From: Aneurinibacillus sp.
GTDB lineage: Bacteria; Bacillota; UBA5301; DYFA01
NCBI GenBank assembly: GCA_020725425.1
Contig: DYFA01000006.1
Location: 15,500-79,499, forward strand
DNA: 64,000 nucleotides
Direction: 5' to 3'
The stretch's first letter is position 1; every line of letters starts with the position of its first letter. Both the position numbers and the translations under genes were made by a program. The notes beneath the pieces were generated by a model that saw nothing but the letters and a program-made list of their open reading frames with translations, had not been told where the DNA came from and did not search any database. Below, piece by piece: positions 18,317 to 27,101 of the stretch.

Positions 18317-19711
18317 GTGCCACAAGGCCTCATCGCCACCGCCCTGAGCCTAGCCCTTTACCTTTCCGGGGTGACCGGGCCGTCCGGGCCGACTTCCTCA
18401 GGCGGAGCGACCCCCCCCGTTCCCACCCTCTCCCAGCCTGCAGCACCGGCGGCACCCGCCACCCCCTCCGGCACCCAGGTGACCTCCTCGCTCGGCGCCA
18501 CCTTGACCATCGGGCAACGGGTAGGGGTCACCGGCACCCAGGTGAATCTGCGCGCCACACCGGACAATGGGGCGCCGATCGTCGCCCGCGCCGCTCGTGG
18601 CAGCGGGGCTACGCTGGAGAGCGCCGGCAACGGCTGGGCCAAGCTGCGGCTGGACAGCGGGGAAAGCGGTTGGGTGCCGGACTGGCTGCTCGACTCGCAC
18701 CCGCGCTTCGTCCCCTCACCCGGGAATCCCCCCTCTCCCGCCTCGCCCCAGCTTCCCGGGGAGAAGCTGGTCTACGGTTATTATACCGTCAATTTCCCCG
18801 GCGACATGGAATCGTATAACGCGATGGTGGCCAACGGCCACCGCCTCAGCGGGATCATCCCCTTCCTCTTCACCCTGGAGTCCAACGGCCGGGTGACTGG
18901 CCTGCACAACCAGGCGGCGATGGCCGCCGCCAAGGAGCGCGGCCTGACTACCCTGGCCCTGGTGCATAACCTCTCCGGGCCGTGGTTCTCCGGCTCGGTC
19001 GCCCACTCGGCCATCGGCAACTGGGCCAACCGCTCCCGGGCGGTCTCGTCCATCGTCAGCCTCGTGAAGACCTATGGTTACGACGGGGTCAACATCGACC
19101 TGGAGGCAGTGCCCTCCTACGACCGGAACGCCCTCACCGCCTTCATGCGGGACCTCTCCCAGGCGTTGAAACCCTTGGGGAAGCTCGTGACGATCTCCGT
19201 CCCGGCCAAGACGTACGACGACCCGCGCAACAGCTGGTCGGGAGCGTACGACTACGCCGCCCTCGGACAGTACGTGGACCTGATGATGTTGATGACTTAC
19301 GACGAGCACTTCGCCAACGGCCGGCCGGGAGCTATCGCCTCCGTGCGGTGGGTGGACGCGGTCGCCTCTTACGCCGCCTCACAGGTCTCTCCCTCCAAGC
19401 TCATCCTGGGCGTAGCCGGCTACGGCTACGACTGGCCGAGCGGAGGGAAGGCCAAGGCGGTCAGCTACAGCGACGCCGTGGCGCTCGCCCGGCGCTACGG
19501 GCGGACTATCCAGTGGAGCACCGCCGCCCAGTCGCCGTACTTCACCTACTACAAGAACGGGAGTATGCATACTGTCTGGTTCGAGTCGGCGGACAGCCTC
19601 GCCCACAAGCTCAAGATCGTCGAGCAGCGCGGCCTGCGGGGCGTCGCCCTCTGGCGGCTCGGGTTCGAGGATCCCCGCTTTTGGAGCCTTGTCGGCTCAC
19701 GGTGGGGCTGA
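18317..19711 (+). CDS. Secreted SH3b-domain GH18 glycoside hydrolase (YdhD/SleL-like)
   Basis: Signal peptide, P/S/T/A linker, SH3b (VNLRATP...GWAKL...SGWV), GH18 DGVNIDLE, LMTYDEH, LILGVAGYGYDW, GVALWRLG; SD AAAGGAG. Confidence 0.85.
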   Translation: MPQGLIATALSLALYLSGVTGPSGPTSSGGATPPVPTLSQPAAPAAPATPSGTQVTSSLGATLTIGQRVGVTGTQVNLRATPDNGAPIVARAARGSGATLESAGNGWAKLRLDSGESGWVPDWLLDSHPRFVPSPGNPPSPASPQLPGEKLVYGYYTVNFPGDMESYNAMVANGHRLSGIIPFLFTLESNGRVTGLHNQAAMAAAKERGLTTLALVHNLSGPWFSGSVAHSAIGNWANRSRAVSSIVSLVKTYGYDGVNIDLEAVPSYDRNALTAFMRDLSQALKPLGKLVTISVPAKTYDDPRNSWSGAYDYAALGQYVDLMMLMTYDEHFANGRPGAIASVRWVDAVASYAASQVSPSKLILGVAGYGYDWPSGGKAKAVSYSDAVALARRYGRTIQWSTAAQSPYFTYYKNGSMHTVWFESADSLAHKLKIVEQRGLRGVALWRLGFEDPRFWSLVGSRWG

Positions 19712-21394
19712 CGCGGGCAGGAGTTCCGCCACTGTGACCAAGGTATAGGCCTGCCGGCGGAGGTCCGCGATGAGGTCGGGCAGGGCCCGGACGGTCGAGA
19801 CCGTGGGATGGAGCAGAATCAGGCAGCCGGGGACGAGCTTGCGGCGGACCCGCTCCCGGATGACCCCTGGTGCCGGTTGCTGCCAGTCGATCGTGTCCGC
19901 CGTCCACATGATGGTCCAATAGCCCGCCTCGGCCGCTGTCCTGGCCATCGCCGGGTTCACTGCCCCGGCCGGCGGGGCGAACAGCGGGGCCAGGGTCCCC
20001 CCGGCTTCCCTGACCGCCTCTTCTGTGCGGCGCAGGGACTCCCGCAACTCAGCCGGGGGGCGCGTCCGGTAGTCCAGGTGCTGGTAGGCATGGCTTCCGA
20101 GGCAGTGCCCGGCGGCGGCGATTTCCCGCAGAAGCTCCGGATAGCGGTTGACCCACCGGCCCTCGACGAAAAAGGTGGCCTTCACCCCGGCCTTCGCCAG
20201 TTCCGCCAGAAGCTGCGGCAAGACCTCGTTCCCCCAGGCGACGTTGAACATCAGCGCTGCCCGGCGACCCTCCGACCGGCCCCGGTAGACCGGACTGAAC
20301 ATGCGGCTCACGACCCGGGGCGCCACCGTGCGGACGACCGGCTGGACAGATGCTCCAGCCGGAGCGGCCAGGACCGCCTGGAGGGTCGCCTCCACGTCCA
20401 CCCGCCGCCCGTGGACCTCCGGCTGCACCACCCCTTTTGCCTCGTCCCAGCGCGCCTCCTGCGGTGGCCGGTCGAGGCGGCGGGCCAGTTCCTCGACCCG
20501 TTCCCGGATCTCCTCCGGAAGAAGCCCTCCCACCGGCTGTCCGGCGAAAGTGACCCCTTTCTTCGCCCCCCTCCGCCACCGTTCCCACCACTCCGCCAGG
20601 ACCGGCCGCTCCTCGGCCCGGCTCCCCGGCAGCGGGCGCTGTTCGCCGGTTTCCCGGTCGACGTAGTAGTTTCCGGCCAGCAGCAGCTCGGACAGGGTTA
20701 CGGCGCGGTAACCCCGTCGGGCGAGGAGGCGGCTCACCAGGGGTATCGCCTTGGCCGTCGTGCGCCCGGCGGTGGTCAGGCGGATGATGGCGCCGGGCGC
20801 CAGGTTCCGCTCGACCACCGCGGCGATGAGCTCCGGCGGCGGGTTCCGCCCGTCCAGAGCGTCCACCGACCAGAGGACAGTGCGGTAACCCAGCTCTCTG
20901 GCGACCAACTCGGCGGTCGGGGTCGTTTCCCCATAAGGCGGCCGGAACAGGGTGACCTTCTTGCCGGTGAGCCGAGTGAGCCGGGCGTCCGCCCGGCGGA
21001 TCTCGTCGGCCTGGGCCTCGGGCGGGAGCGCATCGAGGTGAGGATAGGACTCGGTGGCATTGCCGAACTCGAACCCCTGCTCCACCATCCGCTGGGCCAG
21101 CCCGCCTTGCTGCACGAGCCAGGCGCCGGAAGGGAAGAACGTGGCCGGGAGGCGGCTTCGAACTAGCGCCGTGACGATGGCCTCCGCCTCCTCGACTCCC
21201 CACGCCGCGTCGAAGGTCAGGGCCACCACCCGCTCTGTCCGGGCCACCCGCCGGATAGAGACCGGTCCCGGGGAGACCACCGCCGCGACCTCCCCGGCCA
21301 CCTGGCCGGCTCCCCGGACGGCCAGAGCCAGGCCGGCCAACAAGAAGAGGCCGGCGGCCGCCCGACGACCCCGACCTCGCAAGTCGATAACCAT
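19697..21394 (-). CDS. Membrane-anchored protein with two polysaccharide deacetylase (NodB) domains (PdaB-like plus YlxY-like)
   Basis: N-terminal TM; domain 1 VALTFDAAWG...LFRPPYG...WSVDALD; linker PQEARWD...VQPEVHGRRVD; domain 2 ALMFNVAWG...GSHAYQH...FAPPAG...WTADTIDW...LLHPT. Confidence 0.8.
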   Translation of the reverse strand: MVIDLRGRGRRAAAGLFLLAGLALAVRGAGQVAGEVAAVVSPGPVSIRRVARTERVVALTFDAAWGVEEAEAIVTALVRSRLPATFFPSGAWLVQQGGLAQRMVEQGFEFGNATESYPHLDALPPEAQADEIRRADARLTRLTGKKVTLFRPPYGETTPTAELVARELGYRTVLWSVDALDGRNPPPELIAAVVERNLAPGAIIRLTTAGRTTAKAIPLVSRLLARRGYRAVTLSELLLAGNYYVDRETGEQRPLPGSRAEERPVLAEWWERWRRGAKKGVTFAGQPVGGLLPEEIRERVEELARRLDRPPQEARWDEAKGVVQPEVHGRRVDVEATLQAVLAAPAGASVQPVVRTVAPRVVSRMFSPVYRGRSEGRRAALMFNVAWGNEVLPQLLAELAKAGVKATFFVEGRWVNRYPELLREIAAAGHCLGSHAYQHLDYRTRPPAELRESLRRTEEAVREAGGTLAPLFAPPAGAVNPAMARTAAEAGYWTIMWTADTIDWQQPAPGVIRERVRRKLVPGCLILLHPTVSTVRALPDLIADLRRQAYTLVTVAELLPASAPP

Positions 21395-21457
21395 GCGGCT
21401 CCCCCCTGCCTGATGTTTATGCAGCAAGAGGAAGCAGCTTGAACGGGAAGAAATCCG

Positions 21458-22462
21458 CTAGCGGGCGAAGTTGTGGGCGCCGATGACCGCCGTCACCGGG
21501 CGGGTCCGCCAGAAATCCATCGCCACGGACTTGCGGGGGTTGTAGAAGAAGAGCGCCCCGTTGGTGGGATCCTCTCCGCTGAGCGCCCGGTCCACCGCCG
21601 CCAGGGCAGTCGGCCCCGGGACCACGGATTGCAGGCGCCCCAGCTCCACCGCCTTGAACTGACCCGGCTCCCGGATGACGGCGGTGATGGTCTTGGGGAA
21701 GCCTGGGTGGCGGATCCGGTTCACCACCACCGCCGCTACGCCGACCTGGCCCTCGAGCGGCTCATTCCCCGCTTCGGCCGTCACGAGGCGCGCCAGAAGC
21801 AACCGTTCCTCCTCCGTGCACGGGATGACGGCCCCCGCTGCGACCGCTGTCCCCTCCGGCCCGGCTGGCCGTTCCACGTCCGGCTCCCTGGAATCAGGCG
21901 TCTCCGGCTCGGGCCCGGGCGGGACCGGCGCAGGAGACGCCGGCTGGATCTCGGCCGGCGGAGTCGGTCCGGGCTGAGGCTCAGCGTTCGTCGCCCCCGG
22001 CTTGGGCGGACGCCCCACCAGCGCTCCGCGGTCGGCCAGCCACTCCGGCGGCCGCTGAGCTTCGGAGGCCGGGCGCACTGTCGCGTAGGCTTTCCCGCTC
22101 GCGGAACCCTGCCCGCCGGACGGCCGCTCGCCACCCGCTGGAACCACTTGTCCCGCCGGGTTTGGCGCCGGCGTCAGCGGTGGGGCGGCCGGTGTCACCG
22201 GTAATACCAGGCGTTGGCCAACGCGGATGAGACAGTCGGGCCCGATGCCGTTCAGCTCCCGTAGCGCCTCGACGGTCGTCCCAACCCGCCTGGCCAGGGA
22301 ATAGAGGGTGTCGCCGGCTTGCACCACGTAGAAGGCCGCCGGCTCAGCGCCTCGGGCGAGCCCTCCACCCACGCCCAGAACCAACAGGGTTGCCGCCAGG
22401 GCCGCACACCCCCACTGCCGCCTCGCAGCTCCCCGGTCTGCTCTTCCAGGGTCAATGCGCAC
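21458..22462 (-). CDS. LysM-domain cell wall hydrolase (Hydrolase_2, SleB/CwlJ family)
   Basis: LysM YVVQAGDTLYSLA...LRELNGI...IRVGQRL; LLARLVTAEAGNEPLEGQVGVAAVVVNR; DPTNGALFFYNP; GTG start at 22462. Confidence 0.85.
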   Translation of the reverse strand: MRIDPGRADRGAARRQWGCAALAATLLVLGVGGGLARGAEPAAFYVVQAGDTLYSLARRVGTTVEALRELNGIGPDCLIRVGQRLVLPVTPAAPPLTPAPNPAGQVVPAGGERPSGGQGSASGKAYATVRPASEAQRPPEWLADRGALVGRPPKPGATNAEPQPGPTPPAEIQPASPAPVPPGPEPETPDSREPDVERPAGPEGTAVAAGAVIPCTEEERLLLARLVTAEAGNEPLEGQVGVAAVVVNRIRHPGFPKTITAVIREPGQFKAVELGRLQSVVPGPTALAAVDRALSGEDPTNGALFFYNPRKSVAMDFWRTRPVTAVIGAHNFAR

Positions 22463-22556
22463 GCTGCTCGCCTCCCCGCGAGAGCAAAGAAATGGCAGAA
22501 GATCGTACTTCTGCCACAAGATTCGACGAGATGTAACGAATTTCCTTCTCGAACCG

Positions 22557-23417
22557 CTAGGAGGTGACTTCTTGCCATAGACGGCGCAAGGTTTTCAGGT
22601 TGCGCACGTCGTGCCCGGGGTCGTCCTGGGGCGTCTCCAGGAGGACAGGCAGCCCCCGCAGGGCCGGCTGGACCATCATCGCCCGGAACCCCTCTTCGCC
22701 GATGGCTCCTTGTCCGAGGTGGGTGTGGCGGTCCCGGTGCGAGCCCAACCCCCCCACCGAGTCGTTGGCGTGGATGACCTTGACCGCCCCCGGCCACCAG
22801 GCCTGCTCCACCTCGGCCAGCAGCCTCTCCCATCCGGTGGTGCGGCGGACGTCGTACCCGGCGGCAAAGGCGTGGCAGCTGTCGAGGCACACCCCCAGGC
22901 GCGGCCCGAGCTCCCCGGCCGCCTCCCGGATCGCCGCAAGCTCGCCGGGCGTGCCTCCGACCAGCATCCCCCCACCGGCCACGTTCTCCAGGAGGATGGT
23001 GGGACGACCGGGTTTCCCCGCTCTGGACCAGGCTTCGGCCAGCGCTTCCCCGGCCCGCCGGGCTCCGGCCGCGACTCCGTCGCCGCCGTGGCTCCCGGGG
23101 TGGAGAACCAGGTATGCCGCGTCCAGGGCCACGCACCGCCCGAGCAGTTCGGCCAGGGCCGCCACCGACTTCTCCCGGATGTCATCCTTAGACGAGGCCG
23201 GGTTGATGAGGTAGATCGCGTGGACCACCAGCGGAGCGATACCCTCGCGGGCCAGCGCCGCCCGGAACTGATCCCCGGCCGGCTGCGGAACGGGCCCACT
23301 CCGCCAGCCCCGGGGGTTGCCGCTGAAAATCTGGATCGTCTCGCACCCGAGCTCGACCGCCCGGGCCACCGCCCGGGCCAACCCGCCCCCTACCGGCACG
23401 TGCACTCCGAATCTCAC
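22557..23417 (-). CDS. nfo: Endonuclease IV
   Basis: GVHV, QIFSGNPRGW, VHAIYLINPAS, VLHPGSH, LLENVAG, CLDSCHAFAAGY, HANDS, DRH, LETP. Confidence 0.93.
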   Translation of the reverse strand: MRFGVHVPVGGGLARAVARAVELGCETIQIFSGNPRGWRSGPVPQPAGDQFRAALAREGIAPLVVHAIYLINPASSKDDIREKSVAALAELLGRCVALDAAYLVLHPGSHGGDGVAAGARRAGEALAEAWSRAGKPGRPTILLENVAGGGMLVGGTPGELAAIREAAGELGPRLGVCLDSCHAFAAGYDVRRTTGWERLLAEVEQAWWPGAVKVIHANDSVGGLGSHRDRHTHLGQGAIGEEGFRAMMVQPALRGLPVLLETPQDDPGHDVRNLKTLRRLWQEVTS

Positions 23418-24316
23418 GCCGACCCGTCCTTTCCCTCCGCCGGCCGCCCCAACCGGTCCAGCCAGCGCAACACCGCCACCCGCTCGATCAGGGCCGAGAG
23501 CGAGGCCCGTTCCGTGTACAGGTGGAACAGCAAGAGCCCGGCAAGCCAGCCGAGCTTGCCTGAGATCGTCCAGCTCCAGGCCACCCCCACGCCGATCAAT
23601 GCTCCCAGGACATTGCTTCCCGTGTCACCCATCATGACTTCGCTGCGCAGGTCGTGGAGGGCGAAGACCGTCGCCGCGCCGGCGAGCGGCGAAACCCACA
23701 CCCAGACCAGGTGGCCAGGCTGGCTGAAGACCAGCGCCAGGACCCAGAGCAAGAGAAACCCTTTGAACGCCCGTCCCGGCCGCAGGTCGAGCAAGTTGAC
23801 CGCATTGGCGGTCAAGGCGATGAGCAAGAGGTTGATCGCGGCGGTGCTCCAAACCAAGGCCGGAGGCTCGCCTGCCAGTTCTCCCCGGGCCAGAGCCGCC
23901 GTCAAGGCCGGCCAAGCCGCCACCACCGCCCCGCCCAGCGCCTTCAGGGCGCCCGAGGTCAGCCGCCCCTCTGTGAGCAGCAGGCGGAAGTGTCCGCCGA
24001 AGCCGCCCGCCTCGCGCGAGCCCAACAGGTCGTCGATCAGCCCCAGCGCGGCGAAGCCCAGCAGGGCAAAGGCGCCGGTCAGCAGGGACTGGACGGGGTA
24101 GCCGCACCAGGGTGACAAGCCCAAAAGGATCCACTGCACCGTCTGAGCCAGGAGGGTCGCCAGGACGAAGACCAAACCGCCGGCCACCGGGACCAGCCGG
24201 CCCGCGTAGTTGGGCCGGACTGCCCCGGCCGCCCGCAACAGCTGGACCACCGGATCATACACCGCCCAGGCCAGAACCACGCCCAGCGCCCAGGCCGCAG
24301 TGGCGAGCAGCATCAT
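23414..24316 (-). CDS. MraY/WecA-like (glycosyltransferase family 4) polyprenyl-phosphate sugar-phosphate transferase
   Basis: NYAGRLVPVAGG, LGLIDDLLG, ANAVNLLDLRPGRAFK, MMGDTGSNVLG; multiple TM helices; ATGA overlap with upstream GT2. Confidence 0.75.
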   Translation of the reverse strand: MMLLATAAWALGVVLAWAVYDPVVQLLRAAGAVRPNYAGRLVPVAGGLVFVLATLLAQTVQWILLGLSPWCGYPVQSLLTGAFALLGFAALGLIDDLLGSREAGGFGGHFRLLLTEGRLTSGALKALGGAVVAAWPALTAALARGELAGEPPALVWSTAAINLLLIALTANAVNLLDLRPGRAFKGFLLLWVLALVFSQPGHLVWVWVSPLAGAATVFALHDLRSEVMMGDTGSNVLGALIGVGVAWSWTISGKLGWLAGLLLFHLYTERASLSALIERVAVLRWLDRLGRPAEGKDGSA

Positions 24317-25026
24317 TCCGCCGCCCCACCTCCCATCCGCCGGAGCAGCTCCCGGACCACGTGGAGGAACTGCCTCCCCCGGTGGAGGAAGCCGGCCAGG
24401 TCGCGGCCGGTCTCGCGGTGGCTCATCCGGACCGGCACCTCCCGGACCCGGAATCCCCGCCGGGCGGCGTCGATAGTCATTCCCACCTCGACCCCGAACC
24501 CCGAGGCGAAGCCCCCCAGGTCCTCGATGACCGCCCGGCGCATCGCCCGCTGCCCCGAGAGGGGGCTCTCCATCTCGAGCCCTGTCAGGCGGCGGATGCC
24601 CCACCGCGCCAACCCTTTGACCAGACCGAACCCGCCCTTGCGCCGGGCCCGGGGGAAGCGGGCGATGGTCAGGTCGGCCTGCCCGGCCAGCACTGGCGCG
24701 ATCAGGTGCCGCACCTCGCTGGCGCTCTCTCCGATGTCGGCGTCCAGCGCCACGATGACCTCGCCTCTGGCTTCTGCCAGACCGGCGTTGAGCGCCCCGC
24801 CCTTGCCGCCGCGGGCCGCCCGACGGAGCACCCGGGCCCCCGCTTCCTCGGCGAGCCGGCCGGTGCCGTCCTCTGAGGCGTCATCGATCACGATCACCTC
24901 GTCGACCAGCCCCGTCGCCTTCACTGCCCGGACGGTCGCGGCGATGGTCGCCGCCTCGTTCAGAGCGGGGATGAGGACCGTCACCCGGGGCTTCCCCTCC
25001 GCCCCGCGGGTCCCCCCGATGCTCAC
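24313..25026 (-). CDS. Glycosyltransferase family 2
   Basis: VLIPALNE, IDDASED, GKGGAL, LDAD, LSGQRA, FGVEVGMTID. Confidence 0.88.
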   Translation of the reverse strand: MSIGGTRGAEGKPRVTVLIPALNEAATIAATVRAVKATGLVDEVIVIDDASEDGTGRLAEEAGARVLRRAARGGKGGALNAGLAEARGEVIVALDADIGESASEVRHLIAPVLAGQADLTIARFPRARRKGGFGLVKGLARWGIRRLTGLEMESPLSGQRAMRRAVIEDLGGFASGFGVEVGMTIDAARRGFRVREVPVRMSHRETGRDLAGFLHRGRQFLHVVRELLRRMGGGAAE

Positions 25027-25931
25027 GGCAAGCTGGCCTCTCCAGTCACTGGCAGAAGCTGCCGGGCCGTCTCCTTGACCCCGTAATTCCCGGTCTTACC
25101 CATCGCCAACCCCATGACTAAGGCCACCTGCCCCGCCGGCGTGTCGATGTTGTCCACGGTCAGCACGCCCTTCGTCCGGTAGTGTTTGATCAGCGAGACG
25201 GCGACGTCGGTCGTCTCCACCACCGCCACCGTCAAGCCCGCCCCGCGCAGGGCGTCGATCAACGGCAGATCCAGGGTGCGGACGGATTCCGCCCGCGCCT
25301 CGTTCGCCGCCCCGCCGACGATTACCGCAACCTGGGCCGGAGCTTTCGTGCCGCCGGTGACTGCCACCATCTCGGCGTCCACCAGGTAGGAGGTGAGCAG
25401 AGTCGGGGCGCCGCGGGCCAGTTCCCGGGCGATCCCCCGCAGGGTCTCGACCGGCAGTCCCTCGGCCGCCGGGTCGGCAACTCCCAGGATCCTCGCTACC
25501 CCCGCCCGGTGGGAGGCGTCCATCTGTACCGGGTCCTCCAGGAAGGCGAGCGACGTCGTCACTTCGGCCCCGGCCCGGCGCAGCACGGCCTGCAGCTCGT
25601 CGACGCCCGGCCGGCTCTCCGGCGCTGGACTCAGGCGGATCACCGCCACCTGCTTCCCGTACAGCCGGTCAGCCACGAGATAGGGCAGCACCTCCCGCCC
25701 GAAGCGGTCGGCCTGGCGCAGCGCCGCCCGCTCCTGGGACAGTTCCCGCTGCAGGTCGCGCCGTTCGTTGGTCAGCCGGGTCACGTCGCTCTCCAACCGC
25801 TCGATCAGCCGGTTCTGCTCTTGAACCAGGACCCGCTCCCCCAGGGCCGCGGTGCCGATGAGAATTCCCAGTCCCAGCGCCAGGAAAACGGCGACGAGCG
25901 AGACGATGTGGTAACGGATGTCGATGATCAC
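25023..25931 (-). CDS. SteB/MctB-family membrane-anchored protein
   Basis: IDIRYHIVSLVAVFLALGLGILIG, coiled coil, VLTVDNIDTPAGQVAL, GNYGVKETA; directly downstream of steA-like gene. Confidence 0.8.
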   Translation of the reverse strand: MIIDIRYHIVSLVAVFLALGLGILIGTAALGERVLVQEQNRLIERLESDVTRLTNERRDLQRELSQERAALRQADRFGREVLPYLVADRLYGKQVAVIRLSPAPESRPGVDELQAVLRRAGAEVTTSLAFLEDPVQMDASHRAGVARILGVADPAAEGLPVETLRGIARELARGAPTLLTSYLVDAEMVAVTGGTKAPAQVAVIVGGAANEARAESVRTLDLPLIDALRGAGLTVAVVETTDVAVSLIKHYRTKGVLTVDNIDTPAGQVALVMGLAMGKTGNYGVKETARQLLPVTGEASLP

Positions 25932-25950
25932 TGGAATCCCTGCCTAACGT

Positions 25951-27090
25951 CTAAAGCCTGAGCAACGAGCGGAGATGCACCAGGGTTCCCCGCCCGATCC
26001 GCTGGATCGGTTCGGACAACCCGATCACCACGAGGACGGGGATGAGCGCCGCCAGGCCGATCTGCACGAGGTAGCGCAGGCGCAGCCGCCCCCGATAGAG
26101 CTTGTTGACCCCTTTGGCGTCGACCAGGATCGACCCGACCTTGAGGCGGACGAGAAACGTGCTGGCCATGCCGGAGCGCCCTTTCTCGAGGAAGTCGATC
26201 ATGTTGGAGTGGGTCCCCACCGCCACGATCAGCGCCGCGCCCTTCCCGTGCGCCAGAAGGAGCGCCGCGTCCTCGCTCGTCCCGGGTACGGGGAACGTCT
26301 TGGCGGCCACCTTCAGCCGTTCGATCCGGTCAAGGCCTGGCGCCCGGCCGTCGGGGTAGGCGTGGACCACGATCTCCGCCCCCGAGAGCAGCGCCTTGTC
26401 GGAGACTGAGTCCATGTCGCCGACGATCAGGTCCGGCCGGTAACCCTCTTCGAGCAGCGCGTCCGCTCCGCCGTCCACGCCGATGAGGACAGGCCGCATT
26501 TCTTCAATATACCCCCGGATCGCGGCCAAGTCCTCCCGGTAGTCGGAGCCCCGGACGACCACCAGGGCGTGCCGGCCCTTCAGCGGGGCGGCCACTTCCG
26601 GTAGCGGGATGTCCCCGAGGATGAGCCCCTTCTCCCGCTTGGCGTATTCCAGGGTGTTCTCGACGAACCGGTCCAGCTCCTCGCTGAGGTGAGCCCTGGC
26701 GACCGCCATCCGTTCCTTGATCCGAGGCGGGGAGAGACGTTCCAACTGGGCCACCGCCTCTCCCCGGCGGTAGAGCGTGGTGCCGAGGATCTCGATCTCG
26801 TCCCCTTCCCCCACCAGGTCCATCACCCCGGGCGTGAGGGCGTCGAACAGCAGAACCCCGCCCTCGGCGAGGACCGCCGGGCCGAGGTTGGGGTAGCGCC
26901 CGCTGATAGAAGGGCTGGCGTTGACGACCGCCCTGACCCGGGCGGAGACCAGGGACTCGGCCGACACCTCGTCCAGGTCCACGTGGTCGATGATCGCCAC
27001 TTCCCCCGGGCGGATCCGTTTGGCCAGGCGCTTCGTCCGGCGATCGACCCGGGCGACGCCGGCCACGCGTTCTGGAGAACCCACCGTCAA
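25951..27090 (-). CDS. SteA-family protein (thiamine-pyrophosphokinase-like domain, C-terminal TM)
   Basis: DRRTKRLAKR, HVDLDEVSAE, ISGRYPNLGP, VVVRGSDYREDL, IGVDGGADAL, IVGDMDSVS, VHAYPDGRAPG, GTSEDAA, STFLVRLKVG, LVDAKGV. Confidence 0.85.
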   Translation of the reverse strand: MTVGSPERVAGVARVDRRTKRLAKRIRPGEVAIIDHVDLDEVSAESLVSARVRAVVNASPSISGRYPNLGPAVLAEGGVLLFDALTPGVMDLVGEGDEIEILGTTLYRRGEAVAQLERLSPPRIKERMAVARAHLSEELDRFVENTLEYAKREKGLILGDIPLPEVAAPLKGRHALVVVRGSDYREDLAAIRGYIEEMRPVLIGVDGGADALLEEGYRPDLIVGDMDSVSDKALLSGAEIVVHAYPDGRAPGLDRIERLKVAAKTFPVPGTSEDAALLLAHGKGAALIVAVGTHSNMIDFLEKGRSGMASTFLVRLKVGSILVDAKGVNKLYRGRLRLRYLVQIGLAALIPVLVVIGLSEPIQRIGRGTLVHLRSLLRL

Positions 27091-27101
27091 TCCTCCCGGT
27101 T

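Noticed and set aside
22500-22556. Spo0A boxes upstream of the LysM-SleB gene (TTCGACG, TCTCGAA)
   Set aside because: Single-mismatch 7-mers are expected by chance; there is no perfect TGNCGAA.
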